A DNA stretch of 57,687 nt from a virus (Duplodnaviria; Caudoviricetes), in the IMG/VR virus record IMGVR_UViG_3300045952_000066, positions 1 through 57,687 of that record. One strand, given 5' to 3'. How positions within the stretch are numbered: the stretch's first letter is position 1; every line of letters starts with the position of its first letter. This document shows, piece after piece, positions 32,717-41,539 of this stretch. The notes under the pieces were generated by a model, which did no database searches, was not told where the DNA came from, and saw only the letters and a list, made by a program, of their open reading frames with translations. The position numbers and the translations under genes were made by a program.

Positions 32717-35700
32717 TGGGTGTCTCCTCTCCTTCTCGCTCTCGTAGCGGGATCTCTCCGATATAGGTCACGATGCCGTTGGTGAATGTGACTGACCGGC
32801 CATCCCTGTCGATAATCGTGCCGCTCTTGCCGTCCGCTACCTGGAAGATGCCGAACGATTGCGCTCGACACATGGCAGTCGAGGTCGTTTGAACGAACTG
32901 AACGCTGGTGTACTCCTGCGCGTAGCTTCCCGCTGGCTGGTAGTTGCCCTTCGGCTGGTAGAGACTGTCCAGTTCCGTGCCGTTGCGGTAGATGTAGCGG
33001 AAGTAGCCGTCGCGGCTGCTATTGATGGTTTCGGTGTTCTGAATTTTGACCGACAGAAAGTTGGCATTCAAGCTGGAATCGACCATCGTGTACGCGCCCA
33101 GCTTGTAGGTGGCAAAAGGACCGCTACCGTATCCGCTATTGGAGGTGACCCAGCCAGCCAAGGTTTCAAAGTTCCCGCCGCCCGTCAACTGGACGCCCCC
33201 GGTGCCGGTGAACTTCACCGGGGTCGCGCCGGTCACGGTCATTTCTCCCACGGTCAGCTTGCTGAAGTTGAGCGATTTGATTTGCGTGTCGGTGAGACTG
33301 TCGCCTTTCACCTTCACGGTTGGTCCGCGCTCCAGTGTAGTTTCGTCGGAAGAGAAGATGATTTGGTTGCCGCTGGTAGTCAACCCTGCGCCCTGATCGA
33401 CGCGGATGCTGGTCGTTCCGGTGATCCCGATGCCGATTGTGATGGTGGCTCCATTGGCTCCGACAGTCAGCGGCCCGCCCGTGTCTGGCTTAAAGCGGAT
33501 GGCGCCGGTGTCCACGGCAATGCCGTTGCCACTTCCAACGACGATGCCGTTGGAGTCGAGTCCCATACCGGAGACGCCGCCCAGCCTAATCTTGATCCTG
33601 GTGGAATCGCCTGACGGATACATGATCCCGTCACTGAGGCCGACCGCCACGCCGCTGGCGTCCACGCCCAGCCCGCCGTTGACCTTGACATCGATGTCAC
33701 CGTTGTAGAGTACAGTGCCTCTGGCGACACGCACGGCAATGCCGTCCGATTGAACCTTTGTCCCGGCGTTCGCCCCGATCTTGACCTGGATACCCTCAGT
33801 TGCGCCACGCTTGATGCCAGCCGCGCCATCCACCTTGACCTGGATGGCTCCGTCCGCGCCGAACTCCGTGCCGCTGGCTACTCCGGTGAGAGGCTCCAGC
33901 GCGTCGGTGCCGCTGACGAACACTTGCCCGCGCCCGATCTTGATCGCGCCTTTCTTGTTGACATCGATCTCCATGCCGGGACCGGGCAAAAACTTGAGCG
34001 GCCCGCCGGTCTTGATGAGTCCATCGGAAGCGTTGACCTCGAGCAGTGGCCCCTTGAACGTCTGCCCCTCGCCAAGGTTGAGAGTTAGATCGCGCCCAGC
34101 GGCGGCTTGTCCTGCGCCGCGCCGCACGCGCAGATGGCCGCGCATCAGTCCGGACGCGCCACCGTCCGTATGGACATCGACACCCTCGCCCTCGTCGGTC
34201 TTGAGATCCAGGTTGCCGTTGGTGATCCGGTGCGGGCGATTGGGATCGAGCGGGATCGTGACGCCGGGAATCCTGGTGGACGGATTGAGGATCGGACCCT
34301 TGAGCAAGCTGTGATCGAGATCGAGCACCACGTCGAAGTACGGACGCTGGGCTGGCGTCGTCTGTCCGACTCCTGCGCTCCAGACGTTCTGCTGCGTCAG
34401 CGTGCCGCCGAATCCGTAGGGGTCGTAGCGCGAACCGATGTACTGCTTGAAGCGCACGATATTGTCGGGATTGAGCGTCGTGCCCAGAGGGTCCTGCGGC
34501 GTCGGCGCGAGATATTTATCCGGCACGTCCCACAGAAGGTCGTTCTCGATGTACACCCGGTTGGAGCGCGGGATGCGGTGGACGCTACTGTCGTCGTCAT
34601 CCGTGAACGCCATCTCTTCGGGATGCTGCCCGCCGCCGACGAACGTCGCCGGATTCCCCGGCGTCTGGTAGTGGCCGGTCTGGATCGTCCACCGCGCGAA
34701 GAAGAACTCGTCCTCATGCGTGAAGGGCAGGACGGAGTACAGGTGACCCCAGCCGTACTTCCCGGCCTTCGGCCCGTCGCCGTAGATGATCCAGTCGATG
34801 TAGGAGACGGCCACGCCCGCGCCCACGCTCCCGACCACGTCGTTGGTCGGTTCGGGCGGCGGATTGACGGTGAACCGGCTCGTCCGGATCGCGCCGGATC
34901 GGCTGGTGTCTTCGCCGTCGAGGAGGTTGCCGGGGGCCACCAGGACGGACCACTCCTGCGGGAAGTCGGTCGGCGGATAGACCGCCGTGTTCCAGTCGCC
35001 GCGCTCTCCCAAGTAGACCGTCGTGGCGCCAGCCGGGATGCTCACCGACTTCTGCCAGAGGTCGGCGCCGCCTTTGTTCAGCAGGAGCGTGACGTTCTGC
35101 GCCTGCGGGAAGTTCACGGTCACCGCGACGACCATCCGCAGAGCGCCGCCATCATCCTTCCAGCGTTCGCGGTAGCGCGGATCGCTCGTCGGGAGCGTGC
35201 TGGCATCGACCGCAGTTGCCGTCGCCGCCGGTCCACCGGGAATGGTCTGCGTCTTGCCGGGAAGCGTGATCTGGATGTCGTAGGGTTCGCTGGGAACGTC
35301 TGCTTCAGTGAAGCCGGTGAACCGGAGGTAGCAGTTCGCGATTGGTTGCGGCTGCAACTGGATGCGCCCGTCCACGATATGGAACGGGATCTCAGAGCCG
35401 GTCGCCGGGACCTCGTAGGTGCGGAGGATCGCCGTAGACGCGGGCGTCCCTGGATAGCGGAACTCGACATCGACGTGATGCAGTAGCGCGTAATCCGGAT
35501 GGAGCGTCGGCAGATGGATCGAGCCGTCGAAGACTGCGGCCACGCCACTGCCCCACGGTTCGCCGGTCGGCTGGTACACGTCAGCGGTGACCGGCGGCGG
35601 CTTCTGGATGCCGCCACCTGTCGGCGGCGAAGCTCCACCTTGCGCCACGATCACGCGGAGCTCGCACTGTTTGGTGGCGACGGCGGGATCTTCCCACGGC

Positions 35701-36869
35701 TTCAGGCCCGGTTGCGGCGCCACGCGATTGATCGCGTACACCTGGATGTCGAACCCGGCGCCGCCCTCTCCATAGGGACCGCCCAGATCCCCGAAGTGCT
35801 GGACGCCGTTGATGGGCAGTTCGTCCTTGAACGGATGCGGCGGGCCGAAGGGGAAAGCGAACGCGCCGTTGAAATCATAGAGGACGAGTTGGATGTACCA
35901 CGTATTGACGCCAAGCTGACCGGCAGAGCCGGGATACGCGCGAGTGGTGTCCACGCGGACGTATTCGAGATACCAGTCGTGACTGCCATCGGCCCATACC
36001 CGGTCGTAGGGGAACGTGCCGCCGACGCCGGGAGGGACTTTGACATCGGCGGGCGCGATCATGCCCGGTGACGGCGGCTGCACCTTGACCACGCTGAACG
36101 GCAGGCTGGTGACCGCTCCCTGCGTCGGCGCGACGGACGCATCGATGGTTCCGCGCTCTACGGTGATCGTCCACTGCTCGTCCTTGAGCGGCGTGAACAG
36201 ATTGGTATTGGCGCCCTCGCCGCCGATCCGGATCTGATCGCTCCGGTGCCAGCCGTGCCAGATGCGTTCCGGCATCACACTGTCGGCGGGATGGTTCGTC
36301 CAGACCGTGCAATAGAACGGCGCGTTCTGAGTGGTCACCGTGGCGGTCGCCGTCACCACGGAATGCACGTTGCGGTCTGGCTCGTCCTGCCAGCGGTCCA
36401 CCGTGTACTCGCGGCCCGTCACGGTCCCGATACTGAGCGCAGGGAGCGTCAGCGGGATGTCGAACGGATTCGGCCCGCTGATGTCTTCCTTGCTGAAGCT
36501 GGTGAACCGCAGGATGCAATCCTCGACGGCGTCCTCGCCCAGCAGAATGCGGTCGTCGGACAGGCCGGTGTAATCGATGAACGACGCGCCGCCCTCTGGC
36601 CGGAAGTAGCGCCCGATCAGCACAGAGACGCCGCGCTTCACGGTCGGCGGATAGACCAGTTCCACGTCAACGTGGTCCCAGTTGCCCAGCGCGACCGGCA
36701 GATCGATGCGCCCGTTGAAGACGGCGGCGGTGTCGTGGCTGGTGATCCGCCCGGTGATGCTGGTCAGGATGGCGGTAACGTCGGGCGGCTTGATGACGCC
36801 CGTCCCGGTCCCGCCCGTGGTGGAGCCTCGCTCGTAGATCCAGGTGCCGACTTTGGTCGATTCAGGCAT
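32472..36869 (-). CDS. Long tail fibre with duplicated N-terminal region and beta-spiral shaft
   Basis: Two related units of about 400 aa; about 17 GxG(L/I)xxxGxx(I/L)xV repeats; FTNGIVT near the C-terminus. Confidence 0.8.
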   Translation of the reverse strand: MPESTKVGTWIYERGSTTGGTGTGVIKPPDVTAILTSITGRITSHDTAAVFNGRIDLPVALGNWDHVDVELVYPPTVKRGVSVLIGRYFRPEGGASFIDYTGLSDDRILLGEDAVEDCILRFTSFSKEDISGPNPFDIPLTLPALSIGTVTGREYTVDRWQDEPDRNVHSVVTATATVTTQNAPFYCTVWTNHPADSVMPERIWHGWHRSDQIRIGGEGANTNLFTPLKDEQWTITVERGTIDASVAPTQGAVTSLPFSVVKVQPPSPGMIAPADVKVPPGVGGTFPYDRVWADGSHDWYLEYVRVDTTRAYPGSAGQLGVNTWYIQLVLYDFNGAFAFPFGPPHPFKDELPINGVQHFGDLGGPYGEGGAGFDIQVYAINRVAPQPGLKPWEDPAVATKQCELRVIVAQGGASPPTGGGIQKPPPVTADVYQPTGEPWGSGVAAVFDGSIHLPTLHPDYALLHHVDVEFRYPGTPASTAILRTYEVPATGSEIPFHIVDGRIQLQPQPIANCYLRFTGFTEADVPSEPYDIQITLPGKTQTIPGGPAATATAVDASTLPTSDPRYRERWKDDGGALRMVVAVTVNFPQAQNVTLLLNKGGADLWQKSVSIPAGATTVYLGERGDWNTAVYPPTDFPQEWSVLVAPGNLLDGEDTSRSGAIRTSRFTVNPPPEPTNDVVGSVGAGVAVSYIDWIIYGDGPKAGKYGWGHLYSVLPFTHEDEFFFARWTIQTGHYQTPGNPATFVGGGQHPEEMAFTDDDDSSVHRIPRSNRVYIENDLLWDVPDKYLAPTPQDPLGTTLNPDNIVRFKQYIGSRYDPYGFGGTLTQQNVWSAGVGQTTPAQRPYFDVVLDLDHSLLKGPILNPSTRIPGVTIPLDPNRPHRITNGNLDLKTDEGEGVDVHTDGGASGLMRGHLRVRRGAGQAAAGRDLTLNLGEGQTFKGPLLEVNASDGLIKTGGPLKFLPGPGMEIDVNKKGAIKIGRGQVFVSGTDALEPLTGVASGTEFGADGAIQVKVDGAAGIKRGATEGIQVKIGANAGTKVQSDGIAVRVARGTVLYNGDIDVKVNGGLGVDASGVAVGLSDGIMYPSGDSTRIKIRLGGVSGMGLDSNGIVVGSGNGIAVDTGAIRFKPDTGGPLTVGANGATITIGIGITGTTSIRVDQGAGLTTSGNQIIFSSDETTLERGPTVKVKGDSLTDTQIKSLNFSKLTVGEMTVTGATPVKFTGTGGVQLTGGGNFETLAGWVTSNSGYGSGPFATYKLGAYTMVDSSLNANFLSVKIQNTETINSSRDGYFRYIYRNGTELDSLYQPKGNYQPAGSYAQEYTSVQFVQTTSTAMCRAQSFGIFQVADGKSGTIIDRDGRSVTFTNGIVTYIGEIPLREREGEETPNADRPRHSAGRGLEHRAVHRHADPRHQRSGYRRSSHDQALSDTRRLYRRRRSPNHSPSRKAVPAAITPRTVGSGAEDRERD

Positions 36870-36873
36870 AGGA

Positions 36874-39800
36874 CTACCCTGCGGTCACTCTGATGGTTTC
36901 CTGAGGAGCCACCGTCACTGCCGCGTTGCCGTCGAAGAGAAGCTCGTCGGTCGCGCAGTGGACGATGAGGTTGTTAGGTCCATTATCGTTCGAGAAATAG
37001 AGCGTGCGGCCCTGATATACGGCCAGCGGCATCAACTGCACCTCCACGTCGTTGTCGGTCGTGTCGGCGCGGACAGTATGGTCGGTCGCGAACACTTCCC
37101 ACGGCTGGCCGGTGTCCGGATCGAATCGCGGCGGTCCCACCTCGCGCACGGTCGGCGGCTGGCCGTAGATGAAGATCTCGCGGTAGACGGCGAACTCTTC
37201 ATGCGAGATCCGGCCCGCGCGATCTACCAGGAAGCCGCCCACCAACGCGACCAGCGTGGCGAGGTTGTCGACGCGGACTCTCAACTCGAAAGCCTGCTTC
37301 GGTCGCGGGACCAGCAGTTCGCTGGTGACGCCCGCGTAGTCCCAGTCGTGCGCCTCGATGATGCCGATGGAGGTCGCGTCCGGTTGCGTCTCCCACGGTG
37401 GCTCCACGGTGACGCGGATGTTTGTGTTCGCGGTGATCGCGCGGACCTGACCGGCGCCCTTGCCGCGCAGGATGCGATACAGGCGCCCGATCTCCTCGTC
37501 GGGACGCAGGCCCTCCGTGTCGGGGAATTGCAGGCGCCCGACGCTGTTATTCCAGAGAGGGTCTTCGACCCAATCCGTGCCGGCGATTGCGCCAATGGAG
37601 CGCACGATGAGCACGTCGCCCTTTTCGACGGAGTCGGCTTGGTCGGCGCGGACGCAATCCGGCGTCACGGTGAACGTGCCGGTCGCCGGATCGAATGCGG
37701 TGATCTCGAAATTCCAGAGCGGCGCCGATCCATCGCTGAGATCCGCGAGAGCGGAGAGGTATCGCTTCGGCGGGCCGACCCAGTTGTCGGTGGCGCCGAT
37801 GAAGTTGTCGGCCTGGATCTTGTTCGGCGCGGTGACGCCGGTCACCAGGACGCCCGCGACTCCGGAGTGCCAGACGTGCTTCGCCGCGATCCTCACGCGC
37901 TCTGCGGCGGCGTCGGGCAGTTGCTGGGTCATGGGCGCGAGGAAGCCGGTGTACTCGTAGCTCACGGGCGGCGCCCCCAGCGTCTGGGCTTGCAGGGCGA
38001 TGCGCCGCCGGTCGGTCCCGATGTAGAGGTCCCAGCCCGCCCACGTTCCGCTGGGCGCCGGGAGCATCGAGATGGTGAGCTTCTGATCGGTCACGCCTTC
38101 CGGAATCCAGATCGCGTAGAGGTTCGACGGCGCGGATGGCGCGTTGGTCAGATCGAACTGCGTGACCGCGACGTACACCGTGACCGGCCCGGAGATATGC
38201 CCGCCCGCCGACCGGGCCACGCCCGTGATGCGCGGCTGCACGGGCGCGGCGAAGTGGTTGATCACCTCCTCGCCGCCGACCCAGATGGCCGGTGACCAGA
38301 CGCCGTCACGCTGAATGTTGTAGTCCTGCCAGAGGTCGAAGGTGCGCTCTCTGGGATCGGGATAGAGTGGATCGCCGGGGAACGGCGCGACGTGGTTCGG
38401 CATCCAGGCGAGGCCGCTGATGCTCTGCAACAGTTCCGGCGGGACCGGCTTGGCCGCAACGTCGGCTGGCTTGGGGCCGAAGGCGAGGTCGTACATCGAG
38501 TCGGTCGTGCATGTCGCCTGGATGTCGATGGAGAAGTCGGGATTCAGGACCCAGCCGGTCACCCGGCCCTCGCCGCGCCCGCCGGGGAGCCGGTCGTGAT
38601 CCATGCTGACGATGTCGCCGCACATGGTCCGCAGGGCCAGGAGGGTCGTCCGGAAGCGGAGGTCCCGCGCCTTGACCTGTTCCGCGAGGCCGACGCCGCC
38701 AAGCTCTTCGCGCAGGCGCGTGGTGATGACGCGGGCGCACTGGCTCTTGTTGCTGACGCCGACGAAGGCCATCGTGCTCTGGAGGTATTGCGGCGTGTCG
38801 GTCGCCTCGCCCAGCCAGAGCGCGTGATCGATGTCATAGATGGTGACGCTATTGAGGCCCCAGTCGAACTCATCGTCTCCGAACTCTCCGATGAGCCAAT
38901 TGAACCGGGGCACGACCGGCGAGGCTTCCAGGCTCCTGAACAGGATGTTCGCGCGGGTGAAGGCGTTGCCCGCGAGAACCGAAGAGTTGACGCGGATGCC
39001 GATCCAGAGCCGCCCGTGGACGAACGTGTAATAGCCGAGGCAACAGTTCAGAATTTCGGTGAGCCAGTCCTTCAGAGGCTTCCGCTCTTTCAGCACGCCA
39101 CGGAACGGAAACTGCCGCTCGTTGATGGCCGGTGTGATCAGGCTGGGCACGTACTTGTCGCAGATCTCTGCGGCGGCGATGCAGGACTCGACGTTGACGA
39201 AATCCTCCATCACCGACGCCGGGATGTCGTCGGCGCGGGATGGATCGACGCGCAGGCCGATTGCTCTGAGATAGACGTTGACCGCGACCCAGACGGGATT
39301 GGAGAGCGCGTTGACCCAGACGCGCGTTCCCGGCGCCGTCCAGGTCCAGCCCCCGATGCCTTCGGTCACCGTGACCGTCATGGCCCGGTCGGACACCGGG
39401 GCAAGCTGCAAGCCTGCCTCGTCGGTCCTGCGGATCTCCGCGAAGGCCACGCCTGCCGCGTAGCTGGCCTGCGGCGGGACCGTCCCTCCCCACGGCGCCT
39501 GATCGAGAGCGAAGAAGTCGGCGGTCGCCGCCGGATCGGTGCCCAGGATGCCGCGCCACCCGCCCCTCTTCTTTGGATCGTGCGGCGGCTGCTCATCGAG
39601 CTTGTGCGCGATCAGGTTCGATGAATAGGAGCCGATGGGGCCTTCGCCGACGATGCCCAACGCGCTGTAGAACTCGCTCTCGTCGCGGCCTGCGGCCACG
39701 TCGCAGACGACCTTCATCGCGATGTCGGTGTAGATCTCCTGAAGCGGACGCTGGTAGACGGACTCCTCCGCGACGGTGACGCTCTGGATGCGCGACCGCC

Positions 39801-40857
39801 CGACGCCCAAGCTCCCCAGAGCTATCGCCATCGGATTGATGCGGACATCCTGCGGCAATGCGACGACGCCGCCGAAGCTCTTGGGCACGCCTCGCGCCAC
39901 GCACGCCGCGAAGTCTTTCGGGCAGTCGGGGAACGACGACGTGCTGGGACAGTGCGGCCCCTTGTATTTCTTCCAGCACGTTCTGCTGATCTGGCGCCAC
40001 GGGTACGCGAGGGTCAACTCGAATAGCCCGTCCGACGCGGGCAGGATGAACGTGCCATCGCTGGTCAGCGTCCACGGTCGCGCGTAGCCCATCCAGAGGT
40101 CGATCAGATAGCCGGTGTTTATGTGGTAGAGCGCGAACGCGACATCGGCCCGGTAGAGGTTGGTCGCGTTCGCGTACTTGACGAACACGTCGTCCGCGTT
40201 GCCGAAGCTGAAGGTGGCCGAATCGCTGGCCTCGTTGAGCGTCTGCGAGATGCCGCCCCATTCGAGCAGACGCGGGAGAAACAGGTTGGCCGCGCCGTTG
40301 ATGGTGCATCGCTGGTTGCTGATCCGCAGGACATCGCTCGTCCCTCGCGGATAGATGGTGACCAGCGGGATGAACCGCTGCACCTGATCCTCCAGCGCGG
40401 GCGTGAGCACGTCGTCGGGGAATCGCGTCACGCGCTCCGCGACGTTGTAGTTCGGCGTCGAGGTCGGGACCTCGAGGAGAGTTAGCCCGCCGACCGACGC
40501 GAGATATGCGGTCAGATGCGCGAAGTCCAGGTTCGGATTCTCGTATCGCGCAGTTAGTAACTCATTGCCGCCAGGTCCGTGATAAGTGAATGGAAACTGC
40601 GCGTACTGTCCCTGCGCCTGCTGCCAGTGGCCCCTCAGGTTGTTGTAGTCGTCGCACGACAGATGATCGCGATGGATGCGGAACCGGCGCGTCCCGCTCC
40701 CCAGCAAGTAGCGTTGCTCAGTCTTGAGGCCCGGTTGATCGAAGACGTGCGTAACGACTTGCGGCTCGTAATCGACGCCGCTCCCATAGTCGATGCCGAG
40801 AGGAAACGCGCCGATCACCGGAGGATCTGGGATGGGAACCGCGCCGAGGTAGTCCAC
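36874..40857 (-). CDS. Fused tail hub/tip protein (Dit-like, gpL-like Cys cluster and J-like regions)
   Basis: CWKKYKGPHC..CPKDFAAC..FGG; SNPVWV..AAEICD. Confidence 0.8.
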   Translation of the reverse strand: MDYLGAVPIPDPPVIGAFPLGIDYGSGVDYEPQVVTHVFDQPGLKTEQRYLLGSGTRRFRIHRDHLSCDDYNNLRGHWQQAQGQYAQFPFTYHGPGGNELLTARYENPNLDFAHLTAYLASVGGLTLLEVPTSTPNYNVAERVTRFPDDVLTPALEDQVQRFIPLVTIYPRGTSDVLRISNQRCTINGAANLFLPRLLEWGGISQTLNEASDSATFSFGNADDVFVKYANATNLYRADVAFALYHINTGYLIDLWMGYARPWTLTSDGTFILPASDGLFELTLAYPWRQISRTCWKKYKGPHCPSTSSFPDCPKDFAACVARGVPKSFGGVVALPQDVRINPMAIALGSLGVGRSRIQSVTVAEESVYQRPLQEIYTDIAMKVVCDVAAGRDESEFYSALGIVGEGPIGSYSSNLIAHKLDEQPPHDPKKRGGWRGILGTDPAATADFFALDQAPWGGTVPPQASYAAGVAFAEIRRTDEAGLQLAPVSDRAMTVTVTEGIGGWTWTAPGTRVWVNALSNPVWVAVNVYLRAIGLRVDPSRADDIPASVMEDFVNVESCIAAAEICDKYVPSLITPAINERQFPFRGVLKERKPLKDWLTEILNCCLGYYTFVHGRLWIGIRVNSSVLAGNAFTRANILFRSLEASPVVPRFNWLIGEFGDDEFDWGLNSVTIYDIDHALWLGEATDTPQYLQSTMAFVGVSNKSQCARVITTRLREELGGVGLAEQVKARDLRFRTTLLALRTMCGDIVSMDHDRLPGGRGEGRVTGWVLNPDFSIDIQATCTTDSMYDLAFGPKPADVAAKPVPPELLQSISGLAWMPNHVAPFPGDPLYPDPRERTFDLWQDYNIQRDGVWSPAIWVGGEEVINHFAAPVQPRITGVARSAGGHISGPVTVYVAVTQFDLTNAPSAPSNLYAIWIPEGVTDQKLTISMLPAPSGTWAGWDLYIGTDRRRIALQAQTLGAPPVSYEYTGFLAPMTQQLPDAAAERVRIAAKHVWHSGVAGVLVTGVTAPNKIQADNFIGATDNWVGPPKRYLSALADLSDGSAPLWNFEITAFDPATGTFTVTPDCVRADQADSVEKGDVLIVRSIGAIAGTDWVEDPLWNNSVGRLQFPDTEGLRPDEEIGRLYRILRGKGAGQVRAITANTNIRVTVEPPWETQPDATSIGIIEAHDWDYAGVTSELLVPRPKQAFELRVRVDNLATLVALVGGFLVDRAGRISHEEFAVYREIFIYGQPPTVREVGPPRFDPDTGQPWEVFATDHTVRADTTDNDVEVQLMPLAVYQGRTLYFSNDNGPNNLIVHCATDELLFDGNAAVTVAPQETIRVTAG

Positions 40858-40858
40858 C

Positions 40859-41254
40859 TCACGTCACCTCCCTCATGCCCAGAGACACCTCGCTCCGACC
40901 GACGCCGACCTGATCGCTCCAGTTGCCGTCCCAGACGACCGTGTATCTGCCCACGGGATTCTCGCCGGTCGGATCGGGCTTGAACGGCGGGACCGTCTCG
41001 CGCGGCAAGTAGAAATAGAACGGCGCGACCAGATGCGCCTTGAAGAACGTCCAGAGCGTCGTGTAGCTGGCGGGCGTCACCCGCCGGGTGATCCGGAAGA
41101 AGTGGCGCGGGTTCAGAACCAGCGCGGCCCGGTCGCTCGATCCGTCCGGATAGCGGTTGACGAATGCCTCGACGCGAAGCTCTTCCTGAAGCGCCGTGTA
41201 GAAGCCAGCGGGCAGGACATCGACCGGCGCGGCGGGCTTGATGTTACCGGGCAT
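40859..41254 (-). CDS. Distal tail protein (gpM-like)
   Basis: YPDGSSDR..LWTFFKAH..PFYF; follows the tape measure. Confidence 0.7.
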   Translation of the reverse strand: MPGNIKPAAPVDVLPAGFYTALQEELRVEAFVNRYPDGSSDRAALVLNPRHFFRITRRVTPASYTTLWTFFKAHLVAPFYFYLPRETVPPFKPDPTGENPVGRYTVVWDGNWSDQVGVGRSEVSLGMREVT

Positions 41255-41285
41255 TCCGGCCCCCTTTGGTATCCTGGTAGAACGT

Positions 41286-41534
41286 ATGTTTTCCGACACT
41301 CAATGGAAGGCCGCAGGCGTCGTTCTCCTTCTGGCCGTCCTCTGCATCGCCGGTCTGTTCTGGATGGAGTCGCGGCGTCAGCCCGAATGGCGCGTGTATG
41401 AAACCTTCAGCGATGGTTCCGTTATGGAGATCAAACAGGCGTGCCCCGACTGCGAACTGCTGACTCGCGTCCGCAAAGGCGACAAGATCATCGGCGCTCC
41501 GTTTGTGGCAGTGCCCGCCAAGGCGAAGAAGTAG
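41286..41534 (+). CDS. Small membrane-anchored protein on the opposite strand
   Basis: N-terminal TM helix and CPDC; fills the gap between two tail genes. Confidence 0.6.
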   Translation: MFSDTQWKAAGVVLLLAVLCIAGLFWMESRRQPEWRVYETFSDGSVMEIKQACPDCELLTRVRKGDKIIGAPFVAVPAKAKK

Positions 41535-41539
41535 CTCCA

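Noticed and set aside
28211-36869. Diversity-generating retroelement or shufflon acting on the fibre genes
   Set aside because: No reverse transcriptase, no template/variable repeat pair and no inverted crossover sites seen
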